From Vulcanimicrobiota bacterium (lineage in GTDB: Bacteria; Vulcanimicrobiota; Vulcanimicrobiia; Vulcanimicrobiales; Vulcanimicrobiaceae): a stretch of 64,000 bases of DNA. The notes beneath the pieces were generated by a model. That model saw only the letters and a program-made list of their open reading frames with translations, had not been told where the DNA came from and made no database searches. The DNA is taken from the NCBI GenBank assembly GCA_963777315.1, contig CAVZQC010000002.1, positions 832,001-896,000 on the forward strand, written 5' to 3'. How positions within the stretch are numbered: the first letter of the stretch is position 1; each line of letters opens with the position of its first letter. Positions 1 to 10,776 of the stretch are shown here, one piece after another. Position numbers and translations under genes: made by a program.

Positions 1-1
1 G

Positions 2-370
<369 letters not shown>

Positions 371-400
371 TTATCCACAGAGCGGGTACTAGGTACCTTA

Positions 401-1705
401 ATGAGCGCCAAAGCGCGTCCCAGGATCGAAGGACCCGACGTCGCGACGGCATCCGGCACGCTTTGGAAACGGCTGCTCACCTTAGGACCCGGATTGATTA
501 CGGGGGCGTCGGACGACGACCCCTCGGGCATATCGACGTATTCCGTAGCCGGTGCTTCCACCGGCTTTTCGATGCTCTGGCTTTCGCTGCTGACCACGCC
601 GATGATGGCGGTCATTCAGGGCATGTGCGCGCGCGTCGGCCTGGTTACCGGGCTGGGGCTGGCGGCGAACATTCGCAAATCGATTCCGCTGTGGATGGCG
701 TACGGAATCGGCGCCATGGTGGTCGCAGCCAATACGTTCAACGTCGGCGCGGATTTCGCCGGAATGTCGGCATCGGCCAACTTGGTCGTGCCGCAAGTGC
801 CCGCGCTCGCCTGGGACGTCCTTTTCGGCGCCTTCCTGCTGGTGGGGCTCATCTATTTGTCCTACCGGCGAATCGCCTCGTTTCTGAAATATCTGACGCT
901 CTCGCTGTTTGCGTACATCGTCACCGCGTTCATCGTGCATCCGGATTGGGTGCGCGTGCTGCAGCATCTGGTGATCCCGCAAGTCCACTTGAACCGCGGC
1001 TGGATTACGACGGCGATGGGCGTGCTGGGAACGACCATCACGCCGTATCTGTTTTTTTGGCAATCCGATTTGGAAGTCGAGGAGGAAAAAGCCCAGGGGC
1101 GTACGACCGTGGCCGAAAGGCGCGGGGCGACGGACAAGCAGATTGCCGACGCGCATTTCGACGTGAACATCGGCATGGTGCTCTCGAATTTGGTGATGTT
1201 CTTCATCATCACCACCACCGCGCTCACGCTGTACGCGCACGGCAAGACCAACATTCAAACCGCGCAAGACGCCGCCGAAGCGCTGCGGCCGCTGGCCGGC
1301 GATTTTGCCTATCTGCTCTTCACGCTGGGCATGGTGGGCACGGGTCTGCTCGCAATTCCCGCGCTGGCCGGTTCTTCGGCATACGTCGCCGCCGAGATGC
1401 TGGCGTTCCGGCGAGCGGGCTTGGACGAAACGCCCAATCGCGCACCGCGCTTTTACGCGGTGCTGGCAGCCGGTCTGGTGGTCGGTGTCGCCATGCTCTT
1501 TTTGCGCATCGATCCGATTCGCGCGCTGTACTGGTCGGCCGTACTCAACGGCGTGGTCTCCGTGCCGCTCATTTTCTTGGTCATTCGCATCGCCAACAAC
1601 GCCGGCGTGATGGGCAAATGGCGCAATTCGCTCACGGCGAACGCTTGGGCGTGGCTGTCGTTCGTTCTCATGGGTGTAGCCGCGATCGCACTCTTTGCGA
1701 TTTGA
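401..1705 (+). CDS. NRAMP-family divalent metal transporter
   Basis: LGPGLITGASDDDPSGI and GTTITPYLFFWQ motifs; many hydrophobic segments. Confidence 0.9.
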   Translation: MSAKARPRIEGPDVATASGTLWKRLLTLGPGLITGASDDDPSGISTYSVAGASTGFSMLWLSLLTTPMMAVIQGMCARVGLVTGLGLAANIRKSIPLWMAYGIGAMVVAANTFNVGADFAGMSASANLVVPQVPALAWDVLFGAFLLVGLIYLSYRRIASFLKYLTLSLFAYIVTAFIVHPDWVRVLQHLVIPQVHLNRGWITTAMGVLGTTITPYLFFWQSDLEVEEEKAQGRTTVAERRGATDKQIADAHFDVNIGMVLSNLVMFFIITTTALTLYAHGKTNIQTAQDAAEALRPLAGDFAYLLFTLGMVGTGLLAIPALAGSSAYVAAEMLAFRRAGLDETPNRAPRFYAVLAAGLVVGVAMLFLRIDPIRALYWSAVLNGVVSVPLIFLVIRIANNAGVMGKWRNSLTANAWAWLSFVLMGVAAIALFAI

Positions 1706-1718
1706 GCGATCCGCTACG

Positions 1719-2198
1719 GTGAAACCGTGTGCGGTGATCTTCGATCGCGACGGAACGCTGGTGTTCGACGTTCCGTACAACGGCGATCCCGATGCCGTGC
1801 GGCCGGTTCCCGGCGTTTTAGCGGGGCTCGACCGCCTGCGCGCAGCGCGCCTGCCGCTCGGCGTAGTGTCCAATCAAAGCGGCGTCGCCCGCGGGATGAT
1901 CACGTGCGCGCAAGTCGACGCGGTCAACCGGCGCATCGACCTGATACTGGGACCGTTCGACGTTTGGCTGTACTGTCCGCACGGCCAGAATGACGGCTGC
2001 GAGTGCCGCAAGCCGCAGCCGAAGCTGATCCTCGATGCGGCGCGCGCCATGAACGTCGAGCCGGCATGCTGCGTGGTGATTGGAGACAAGGCCGGCGACG
2101 TCGAGGCGGCCCGCAACGCCGGCGCGCAGGCGATCTTCATCGCCGATCCGCACGGAGTTGCCCAAGCCATCGATAGCGTTTTAGGGATGCGTCGCTAA
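1719..2198 (+). CDS. HAD-IIIA family phosphatase (GmhB/HisB-N-like)
   Basis: FDRDGTL, SNQSG, CPH..CxCRKP and GD motifs; GTG start at 1719 assumed. Confidence 0.85.
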   Translation: MKPCAVIFDRDGTLVFDVPYNGDPDAVRPVPGVLAGLDRLRAARLPLGVVSNQSGVARGMITCAQVDAVNRRIDLILGPFDVWLYCPHGQNDGCECRKPQPKLILDAARAMNVEPACCVVIGDKAGDVEAARNAGAQAIFIADPHGVAQAIDSVLGMRR

Positions 2199-2854
2199 CG
2201 CTGCGTGCCTGCCCAGTATTTGACGTCTGCGGCTGCGCCGCCCGCGGCGAGCGCTCGCGCCCGTTCACTGTTTTTCGGTTTGGGAATGCGCACGACGGAG
2301 CTGATGCGCTGCCATGCCGCCATGACCTTGACGACGTACCGCTGCGTTTCTGCAAACGGCGGAATGCCGCCGTAGCGCGCGACCGCTTTCGGCCCGGCGT
2401 TATACGCGGCGAACGCGAGCGCATAGCGCTGGGGTTTGTTGCGGTATGCGTTCAGCAAGCCGTGCAAGTAGCGGGCCGCTCCTTGCAGGTTCTGGTACGG
2501 ATCGTGAGGGTCGACGCGCAGCTGGCGCGCGGTGCGCGGCATCAGCTGTCCCAAACCAAGCGCTCCCACTCTGGAAACGGCATGCGTGTGCCACGACGAC
2601 TCGACGGTGACGATCGCAACGAGCACGTTGGCATCGAGCTTCCAGCGATTCGCGTTGAGCAGCATGTGATGGGCCAAGTCGCGGCTTTGCCAGGCCGGCA
2701 TGCGCGGATTGATCTTGTGCAGCACGCCCGCGTAGGCGCGAACCGCGAGCGGATTGTTCGCCTGCACGTTTTGCGCTGCAGCCGCAGCCGGCGGAGCAAA
2801 CGAACAAACCGCGATTCCAAGGCCCGCGAGCAGCGAGGCGATGAAGCGTCGCAT
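2195..2854 (-). CDS. Secreted lytic transglycosylase (SLT domain)
   Basis: Signal peptide MRRFIASLL; VES, GLGQLMP, AAYNAG and ETQRYV motifs; start trimmed from ORF 2195..3193. Confidence 0.9.
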   Translation of the reverse strand: MRRFIASLLAGLGIAVCSFAPPAAAAAQNVQANNPLAVRAYAGVLHKINPRMPAWQSRDLAHHMLLNANRWKLDANVLVAIVTVESSWHTHAVSRVGALGLGQLMPRTARQLRVDPHDPYQNLQGAARYLHGLLNAYRNKPQRYALAFAAYNAGPKAVARYGGIPPFAETQRYVVKVMAAWQRISSVVRIPKPKNSERARALAAGGAAADVKYWAGTQR

Positions 2855-2890
2855 CGCGCAGGGGATACGCCCCGAGGCTGAAGGTCCCTT

Positions 2891-3088
2891 GTGGACAATC
2901 CTCCAAGCTCGCCGCGGATGAGCCGGTATTCGAGCATTTCGCCGCATTCCAGGCGCGTTTTGAGCGTCGGCGCCATTGTATTTTTTGTGATCATGTGCGC
3001 GGCAATCGGCTTTTCGGAATGGTGGGCGTATGCCAAAAATGTGCCCGCATACTTGCACGCGCAGACCAGGAAAGCACAACATCGATAG
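2891..3088 (+). CDS. Possible small single-pass membrane protein
   Basis: 65 aa with one clear TM segment; fills the intergenic gap. Confidence 0.35.
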   Translation: MDNPPSSPRMSRYSSISPHSRRVLSVGAIVFFVIMCAAIGFSEWWAYAKNVPAYLHAQTRKAQHR

Positions 3089-3118
3089 ACTCATTTGAAC
3101 TTCTCCGAAGGAGTGCGA

Positions 3119-6100
3119 ATGACGCGACGTTTTTCTTTCCTGCTTGCATGCATGGCGGCTGTTTTTTGTGCGTTGCCGGCGCGCGCGCAGCAAGTGCCCG
3201 CTGCAGCAGCTTCACCGGCCGCTTCCGCCAAACCGGGCGTTCCCAATCCCAAAGGATCGCCCACTCCGCCCAAACCGGCTAAGCCGGCTCCTACGCCCAC
3301 TTCCACGCCGACGCCGGGGCCGCCGTGGTCGAACATGCATTGGCGCGAAATCGGTCCGGCGCTGCCGGGCGGCCGCGTTGCCGCGGTCGGGGGTTCGCAA
3401 ACCGATCCCAACTTATATTATTTGGGATCCGCGGGCGGCGGCGTCTGGAAATCGGACGACGGCGGCGAGACGTGGCAAGCGGTCTTCGAAAAAGAAAAAG
3501 TTGCGGCCATCGGCGCGGTGACGATCGATCCGAACGACAATGACGTCGTCTGGGCGGGCACCGGGGAAGCCAATCCGCGCAACGACGTGAGCTACGGCGA
3601 CGGCGTCTACAAAACCACCGACGCCGGCAAAACGTGGAAGAACATGGGCCTGCAGGGCACGCGCCACATTTCGCGCATCCTGGTCGATCCGCGGGACAGC
3701 AATCACGTGATCGTCGGCGCGCTGGGCGACGTCTTCGGACCCAGCCAAGATCGCGGCGTGTACGTTACGAACGACGGCGGAAAAACCTGGAGCAAAACGC
3801 TGTTCGTGAGCGATCAGAGCGGCGCGTCGGACCTCGCAATGGATCCGCAGGACCCGAGCATCGTGTACGCGGGCATCTGGCACTTCAAGCGCGTGCCGTG
3901 GACGTTCGAAAGCGGCGGTCCGGATGACGGGCTGTACCGCTCGTCGGACGGCGGCAAAACGTGGACAAAACTGAGCGGTCACGGTTTACCCGGCGGTGTG
4001 ACCGGACGCATCGGGTTGGCGATTGCGCCCAGCGACGGCAAACGCGTTTATGCGCTCATCGAATCCAAAGAGGGCATCCTTTGGCGCTCGGACGACGGCG
4101 GAGCCAATTGGACGATGGTCAGCAACGATACGCTGGTCGATCAGCGCCCGTTTTACTTTTCGCACATCGCGGTCGATCCAAAAGATCCCAACAAAGTGTA
4201 CGCCGTTTCCGAGGCGCTGGCGCTTTCCACCGACGGCGGCAAGAAATTCAAGGAAATCGCCCCGCAGGTTCACGTCGACTATCACGCCATTTGGGTTGCG
4301 AACAACGATCCCAAACGCATCATCGTGGGCGAAGACGGAGGCTTCGCCCGCACGGTCGACGGCGGCGAGCATTGGTTTTTCGGCCGCAACGTGCCGATCG
4401 GTGAAGTCTACCACATCGGCTATTCCAACGAGAACCCATACTGGGTTTGCGGGGGATGGCAAGACAACAACGGCTGGTGCGGGCCGTCCAATTCGCTCGA
4501 TCCATCCGGTATTCTGAACAAGTACTGGGTGTCGGTCGCCGGCGGCGACGGAGAATGGGGGTGGCCCGATCCCGTCGATCCCAACTGGATATGGGCCGAT
4601 TCGCAAAACGGCGTGGTGACGGTGTATAACAAAGCGACCAAAGACACGATCTTTGCGATGCCCTACATCGCGCGTTCTCTGGCAAGCTACAACTTGTCGC
4701 TGGCAAAGTATCGGTTCAATTGGGATACGCCCATCGCATTCGCGCCGTGGAACGGCCACATCGCATGGCTGGGCGCGAACGCGGTGTTTCAAACGACCGA
4801 TCGCGGAATCCACTGGAAAGTGATCAGTCCCGATCTCACGCTCAACATCAAAGCGCACCAGCAGCCTTCAGGCGGCCCGCTCGTGCACGACGTTTCGGGG
4901 GCGGAGTATTCCGACACGATATTGGACATCGAAGGCTCGAGCCTGCGTAAGGGCGAGATTTGGGTGGGCACCGACGACGGGTTGGTGCAGCTCTCGCGCG
5001 ACGGCGGAAAGCATTGGAAGAACGTCACGCCGCCGGGCCTTCCGCCGTACGGCCGCGTCGAAACCGTGGCGCCGTCACCGCTGCGCGACGGCACGGCGTA
5101 CGTCAACGTCGATCGTCATCGCTCGGGCGACTTCAAGCCGTATCTGTTCGTCACGCACGATTTCGGCGGACATTGGAATTCGATCGTCAACAACTTGCCA
5201 AGGGATCAGTACGTACGTTCCGTCCGCCAAGATCGACGCAACGGGCGCATCGTCTATGCCGGAACCGAAGCCGGAATGTGGATTTCGTTCGACGGCGGCG
5301 GCAGGTGGCACGATTTTCGCAACAACCTGCCGACGGTCTCGGTCCGCGACATCCGCATCCAGCCGAAATGGGACGATCTGCTGATCGCCACGCACGGGCG
5401 CGCGCTGTATATCATGGACGACATCCGGCCGCTCGAGCAGCTCGGCGGCGGCGCTTCTCAGAGCGCCTTTGTGCTCGCGCCGCGCACGGCGTACGAGTAC
5501 AACCTGCACTCCGACGACGAAGGTACGTACACCGATTATACTGCGCCCAATCCCCCGTACGGCGCGATGGTGTACTTCTATCAGCAGCAGGCACAAAAGA
5601 CCGCACCCATGATTCAGATTCTCGACGCGCGCGGGCACGTCATACGAACGGTCAAAGGCACGCACAAGGTCGGCGGCAAGGACGTTCCGCGCGTGAACAA
5701 CAAGGCCGGCATCAACGAATACACGTGGGACTTCCAAATCGACGGCCCGGTCAAATGGTACGGCGCAGCGAAGGAGCGCTATCAGGGCCCCGATGAAGGC
5801 CCCGGCGTTCCGCCAGGGTCGTATGCCGTGCGGATGGCGGCCGGCGGGCGGACGTACACCAAATCGTTCGCGGTCAAGGCGGACCCGCGCACGAAGTTCA
5901 CGCAAGCACAGTTCGAGCAGACGTACGCATTCGGCAAGAAGTTTCTGCGCGAGTTCTCGATCGTCGACACGATGCTCAATTCGCTCGATGCGGTGAAGAA
6001 AGAGCTGGATTCGGCCAAGACGGACGCCAAGACCAAGTCCAACGCCGCGCTTCAAACGCAGATTACGCAGGCGCTCGCCGCGCGAGAGCGGATCTTCAGC

Positions 6101-6358
6101 GAGCTGACCGCGGACTACCACAACGACGAGGATTCGATTCAGCGCCCGGGTGCGCTGCGCGAAGACATGGAGGGTTTGGGATTCTTCGGGCAAGGCGTGC
6201 TCACGCCGGCAGTGATCGATTACGGCGCGCGCGTCGATGCCGCATACCGGACGGCGGTGCAGAACTACAACGCCTATGTACGCACGCTGGCGCCCGTCAG
6301 CGCGCAGCTGCACGCAGCCGGAATGAAGAGCCTGAGCGCAAGTCCCGTTTCGCCGTGA
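3119..6358 (+). CDS. Secreted sortilin/VPS10-like BNR (Asp-box) repeat protein, GH74-like beta-propeller
   Basis: Signal peptide, Pro/Ala linker, repeated S/T-x-D-G-G-x-T-W Asp-boxes. Confidence 0.85.
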   Translation: MTRRFSFLLACMAAVFCALPARAQQVPAAAASPAASAKPGVPNPKGSPTPPKPAKPAPTPTSTPTPGPPWSNMHWREIGPALPGGRVAAVGGSQTDPNLYYLGSAGGGVWKSDDGGETWQAVFEKEKVAAIGAVTIDPNDNDVVWAGTGEANPRNDVSYGDGVYKTTDAGKTWKNMGLQGTRHISRILVDPRDSNHVIVGALGDVFGPSQDRGVYVTNDGGKTWSKTLFVSDQSGASDLAMDPQDPSIVYAGIWHFKRVPWTFESGGPDDGLYRSSDGGKTWTKLSGHGLPGGVTGRIGLAIAPSDGKRVYALIESKEGILWRSDDGGANWTMVSNDTLVDQRPFYFSHIAVDPKDPNKVYAVSEALALSTDGGKKFKEIAPQVHVDYHAIWVANNDPKRIIVGEDGGFARTVDGGEHWFFGRNVPIGEVYHIGYSNENPYWVCGGWQDNNGWCGPSNSLDPSGILNKYWVSVAGGDGEWGWPDPVDPNWIWADSQNGVVTVYNKATKDTIFAMPYIARSLASYNLSLAKYRFNWDTPIAFAPWNGHIAWLGANAVFQTTDRGIHWKVISPDLTLNIKAHQQPSGGPLVHDVSGAEYSDTILDIEGSSLRKGEIWVGTDDGLVQLSRDGGKHWKNVTPPGLPPYGRVETVAPSPLRDGTAYVNVDRHRSGDFKPYLFVTHDFGGHWNSIVNNLPRDQYVRSVRQDRRNGRIVYAGTEAGMWISFDGGGRWHDFRNNLPTVSVRDIRIQPKWDDLLIATHGRALYIMDDIRPLEQLGGGASQSAFVLAPRTAYEYNLHSDDEGTYTDYTAPNPPYGAMVYFYQQQAQKTAPMIQILDARGHVIRTVKGTHKVGGKDVPRVNNKAGINEYTWDFQIDGPVKWYGAAKERYQGPDEGPGVPPGSYAVRMAAGGRTYTKSFAVKADPRTKFTQAQFEQTYAFGKKFLREFSIVDTMLNSLDAVKKELDSAKTDAKTKSNAALQTQITQALAARERIFSELTADYHNDEDSIQRPGALREDMEGLGFFGQGVLTPAVIDYGARVDAAYRTAVQNYNAYVRTLAPVSAQLHAAGMKSLSASPVSP

Positions 6359-6380
6359 GTTCGGAAAGGATCGATACGCA

Positions 6381-9300
6381 ATGAAACGCGCGCTTACGGT
6401 ATCGCTCGTATCGGTGCTGGCGTGCTGTGCGCTGTGCGCGCATCCGCACGCCGCGCAAGGCGCGCCGTACGACGCCCTGAAATGGCGCTCGGTCGGACCG
6501 GCCGTCGCCGGCGGCCGTATCGCCGCGGTTGCGGGCACTGCAAGCGATCCGCAGTTGTATTACATCGGCGCGGCCGGCGGAGGCGTGTGGAAGTCCGCGA
6601 ACGGCGGCGCGACTTGGACGCCGGTATTCGAAAAAGAGCCGGTTTCGGCGGTCGGCGCGGTGACGATCGACCCCACCAACGACAACGTCGTGTGGGTCGG
6701 CACGGGTGAATCCAATCCGCGCAACGACGTGACTTACGGCGACGGCGTTTACAAGAGCACCGACGGCGGCAAAACCTGGCACAACATGGGGCTGCAGGCG
6801 ACCCGGCACATCTCGCGCATCCTGGTCGATCCCAAAAACGCCGATCACGTGATCGTCGGAGCGTTCGGGGATCCGTTTCGCGACAGCGCCGATCGCGGCG
6901 TGTACGTTTCGAATGACGGCGGCAGAACGTGGAGCAAAACGCTGTACGTCGGTCCGCAGAGCGGTGCGGCGGAACTCGCGATGGACCCGAACGACTCGTC
7001 GATCGTCTACGCGAGCATATGGCAGTTCCGGCGCGAGCCGTGGACCTTCCATAGCGGCGGTCCGGACGACGGCATTTGGCGTTCGAACGACGGAGGCAAA
7101 ACGTGGACGCGCTTGACTGGGCACGGCTTACCCGGCGGATACATGGGACGCAGCGCGGTTGCGATCGCTCCGAGCGATTCCAAACGCGTGTACGCGGTGA
7201 TTGAAGCCAAAGGCGGGATCCTGTGGCGCAGCGACGACGGCGGCAACAACTGGACGATGGTCAGCAGCGATACGCTGGTCGATCAGCGGCCGTTCTACTT
7301 CACGCACATCAACGTGGATCCCAAAGACGAAAATCACCTGTACGCCGTATCCGAAGAGCTGGCCGAGAGCAAGGACGGCGGCCATAAGTTTACAGCGATC
7401 GCATCGCAAGTGCACGTCGACTATCATGCGATGTGGATTGCGCCCAACGATCCCAATCGCATGATCACCGGCGAAGATGGGGGATACGCGCTCACCTTGG
7501 ACGGCGGCAAGAACTGGATGTTCTCACGCAACGTTCCAATCGGCGAAGTGTATCACGTCGGCGTTTCGGTACGCGAGAACCCATACTGGGTATGCGCACC
7601 GCTGCAGGACAACAATGCCTTCTGCGGACCGAGCAACTCGAAGAATCCCGAAGGCATCCTGGACGAGCACTGGCAGAACGTCGTGGGCGGGGACGGCATG
7701 TGGGCCGTGCCCGATCCGTCAAACCCCGAGCACGTGCTGACCGATCTGCAAACCGGACGCATCGCGGATTACGACAAGCGCACGCAGACCAGCCGTTTCG
7801 TGCAGCCGTACTTCGATTTCAACCGGTACGATTTCCAGCTGTTTGCGCGCAAGTACCGTTTCAACTGGGACTCGCCGATTGCGTTTGCTCCGTGGAATCC
7901 GCATGTGTTGTGGCTGGGCGGCAACGTCGTCTTTCAATCGACGGACCGCGGCGTGCATTGGAAAACCATCAGTCCCGATCTCACGCTCAACCTCAAAGCG
8001 CATCAGCAGCCGTCGGGCGGTCCCCTCGCGCTCGACGTGTCCAGCGCGGAGTTTTCGGACAATCTGCTCGACATCGAGGGCTCGCCGGCGCGTGCCGGCG
8101 TCATTTGGACCGGCGCGGACGACGGCGTGATTGCGGTGACTACCGACGGCGGCAAGCACTGGCAAAAACACACGATCGCCGGCGTTGCGCCATACGGCCG
8201 GATAGAAAACGTTTCGCCGTCACCGTTCGATGCGGCAACGGCGTACGCGAACGTCGACAGGCACCGTTCGGGCGATTACGCTCCCTATCTGTTCGTCACG
8301 CACGACTACGGCAAGACGTGGACGAAGATCGTCGACGGTCTGCCGCAAGATCAATGGGTACGCTCGGTGCGCGAGGACATGCGCACGCGCAACCTGCTCT
8401 TCGCCGGGACCGAAAACGGGATGTGGATCTCTTACGACGGCGGGGGGCACTGGTCGAACTTCAAACTCAATTTGCCCACGGTGTCCGTGCGCGACATTCG
8501 CGAACAGCCGCAGTTCAACGACTTGGCGATCGCGACCCACGGGCGCGCCTTGTGGATTCTGGACGATATCAGTTCCGTGCAGAACCTGGCCGCGGCACAG
8601 CGGGCGCGCGCTATGCTGTTCAGGCCGCGCACGGCGTACGCATACGACATGCACTCCAACGATGAAGGCATCTACACGCGGTTTGCCGGTCAAAATCCGC
8701 CGTACGGCGCGATCTTGGACTTTTACCAAGCCGCGCCGCAGCCCGGCGGTGCGTCCATCGAGATTCTCGATGCGCGCGGGCGAATCGTCCGGCACATCAA
8801 ACCCGCGCAAAAACCGAAATCGGGTCAACAGCCGGCGGATGAAACGCGCGGTCCGAGCGCGGGGGCCGGGGTACCGAACGCGGCCGGCATCAATCGCGTG
8901 GTTTGGAACCTGCGCGAAGACGGGCCGCCGCAATGGAACGGCACGGCGAAACAGTTCCGCGGACCGGAAGTGGGGGCACTGGTCGTGCCGGGCGTATATA
9001 CCGCGCGCATTCGGCTCAACGGACGCCAGTACGCGCAGCGCTTTGCCGTCAAGGCGGATCCCGCGAGTCCGTATACGCAAGCTCAGCTCGAGCAAGCCTA
9101 TGCGTTTTCCAAAAAGTATCTCGACGTGCAAGGGCAGATCGACACGATCCTCAACGAGATCGACGCCCAGCGTAAGACCCTTACGGCAGCGCGCGCGTCG
9201 CTGAGCAAGAGCGGCAATGCAGCGCTGCTCGCGCAGGTCGACGCGGTTCAGAAGTCGCAGGACGCCGTCTTCCATCGGTTTACCGCCGACTACAAAAACG

Positions 9301-9509
9301 ACGAAGACTCGATTCAATACCCCGGGCAATTGCGCGAGGACATCCCGCGCTCAGGCTTCGGCGGCGCGCAGCCGCCCACGCCCGCGCTGCTCGACTATGC
9401 AAAACGCTTCGATCGCGAATACGCAGCCGAGGTTGCGGTTTACCGCAGTTACGTCAAGAACCAATACGATCCGCTGGCGGCGCGGCTGAAGGCGGCGGGC
9501 ATACGCTAA
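6381..9509 (+). CDS. Secreted sortilin/VPS10-like BNR repeat protein, paralog of upstream gene
   Basis: Same Asp-box repeats; long shared blocks such as NPRNDV.YGDGVYK and DTLVDQRPFYF. Confidence 0.85.
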   Translation: MKRALTVSLVSVLACCALCAHPHAAQGAPYDALKWRSVGPAVAGGRIAAVAGTASDPQLYYIGAAGGGVWKSANGGATWTPVFEKEPVSAVGAVTIDPTNDNVVWVGTGESNPRNDVTYGDGVYKSTDGGKTWHNMGLQATRHISRILVDPKNADHVIVGAFGDPFRDSADRGVYVSNDGGRTWSKTLYVGPQSGAAELAMDPNDSSIVYASIWQFRREPWTFHSGGPDDGIWRSNDGGKTWTRLTGHGLPGGYMGRSAVAIAPSDSKRVYAVIEAKGGILWRSDDGGNNWTMVSSDTLVDQRPFYFTHINVDPKDENHLYAVSEELAESKDGGHKFTAIASQVHVDYHAMWIAPNDPNRMITGEDGGYALTLDGGKNWMFSRNVPIGEVYHVGVSVRENPYWVCAPLQDNNAFCGPSNSKNPEGILDEHWQNVVGGDGMWAVPDPSNPEHVLTDLQTGRIADYDKRTQTSRFVQPYFDFNRYDFQLFARKYRFNWDSPIAFAPWNPHVLWLGGNVVFQSTDRGVHWKTISPDLTLNLKAHQQPSGGPLALDVSSAEFSDNLLDIEGSPARAGVIWTGADDGVIAVTTDGGKHWQKHTIAGVAPYGRIENVSPSPFDAATAYANVDRHRSGDYAPYLFVTHDYGKTWTKIVDGLPQDQWVRSVREDMRTRNLLFAGTENGMWISYDGGGHWSNFKLNLPTVSVRDIREQPQFNDLAIATHGRALWILDDISSVQNLAAAQRARAMLFRPRTAYAYDMHSNDEGIYTRFAGQNPPYGAILDFYQAAPQPGGASIEILDARGRIVRHIKPAQKPKSGQQPADETRGPSAGAGVPNAAGINRVVWNLREDGPPQWNGTAKQFRGPEVGALVVPGVYTARIRLNGRQYAQRFAVKADPASPYTQAQLEQAYAFSKKYLDVQGQIDTILNEIDAQRKTLTAARASLSKSGNAALLAQVDAVQKSQDAVFHRFTADYKNDEDSIQYPGQLREDIPRSGFGGAQPPTPALLDYAKRFDREYAAEVAVYRSYVKNQYDPLAARLKAAGIR

Positions 9510-9519
9510 CGGCTTTGCC

Positions 9520-10773
9520 GTGACGCGGGCGCCAAGCCTGCGCAGCATCGTGCTGCGCATTTCGATCGGCGGCTGGTTCGAGCTGTACGATCTGTTCATG
9601 ACCGCGTACGTGTCGCTCGGGCTGATCCGCGACCATCTGTTCGTGGCGACTTCCGTTTCGCCGTTTGCTTTGCGCGGTTTTGCGAGCTTCGTGGGAGCAG
9701 GCTTTGCCGGCATGTTTCTGGGGACGCTGTTCTTCAGCTGGGTCTCGGACCGCCTGGGCCGCAAAGCCACGTTCACGTATTCGCTGCTCTGGTATTCCGG
9801 CGCGACTCTCGTCATGGCGTTTTGCCGCAGCCCGCAGGCGATCGATCTGTGGCGGTTCATCGCGGGACTGGGGATCGGCGTGCAGCTCATCACGATCGAT
9901 ACGTATATTTCCGAGCTGGTTCCCAAAGGGCAGCGAGGCTACTGGATCGCGTTCTCGCAGTTCATCGGCTACCTTGCGATTCCGGTCGCGGCGCTGACCG
10001 CGTACTTACTGGTTCCGCGCGAACTTGCCGGCGTTTCCGGATGGCGCTACGTGGCGATGATCGGCTCGCTGGGCGGGATTGCGGTATGGTTCGTCCGCCG
10101 CGGGCTTCCGGAGTCGACGCGCTGGAAAGATGCGCGCGCGCGCAGCGAACCGTCCGATCTAGCGCATGCGTGGACGTCGATTTGGAACCGCACGTACCGC
10201 ATGCGCACGGCCTCGCTCGTCGTGTTCAATTTGGCGCAGACGATCGGCTTTTACGGCTTTACGGCCTGGGTGCCGATTTTTTTGGCTTCGCGCGGCGTCG
10301 GATTCGCCAAGTCGCTGGAGTATTCGTTCATCATCGCGATCGTCAACCCGCTGGGGCCGCTCTTGGCGATGCGCATGTCGGATCGCTGGCAGCGCAAGTG
10401 GCAGATCGTCGGTCTGGCGGCGGCGATCGCGCTGGCGGGGATGGCGTTCGCCCGCGCGCGCATGCCCTTCTCCATCCTGGCATTGGGCATAATCGTGACG
10501 CTGGCCAACGCGTGGTTTTCGTGCGTATTCCACGCGTATCAGGCCGAACTGTACCCCACGCGCATCCGCGCGCAGGCGGTAGGATTCGTCTACTCGTGGA
10601 GCCGCTTTAGTTCGATCTTCGTCGGATTTTTGATCGCCGCCGTGCTGCGCGCGCACGGAACGGCGGGCGTATTCACGGTTATCGCCGTTGCCATGGCGGT
10701 GGTAATCGTTGCCATCGGCGGATTCGGAATCCGAACCAACAACGTGGCGCTCGAGGATCTCGCGCCGGTGTGA
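9520..10773 (+). CDS. MFS transporter
   Basis: SDRLGRK loop motif, ELYPTRIRA, about 12 TM segments. Confidence 0.9.
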   Translation: MTRAPSLRSIVLRISIGGWFELYDLFMTAYVSLGLIRDHLFVATSVSPFALRGFASFVGAGFAGMFLGTLFFSWVSDRLGRKATFTYSLLWYSGATLVMAFCRSPQAIDLWRFIAGLGIGVQLITIDTYISELVPKGQRGYWIAFSQFIGYLAIPVAALTAYLLVPRELAGVSGWRYVAMIGSLGGIAVWFVRRGLPESTRWKDARARSEPSDLAHAWTSIWNRTYRMRTASLVVFNLAQTIGFYGFTAWVPIFLASRGVGFAKSLEYSFIIAIVNPLGPLLAMRMSDRWQRKWQIVGLAAAIALAGMAFARARMPFSILALGIIVTLANAWFSCVFHAYQAELYPTRIRAQAVGFVYSWSRFSSIFVGFLIAAVLRAHGTAGVFTVIAVAMAVVIVAIGGFGIRTNNVALEDLAPV

Positions 10774-10776
10774 TGG

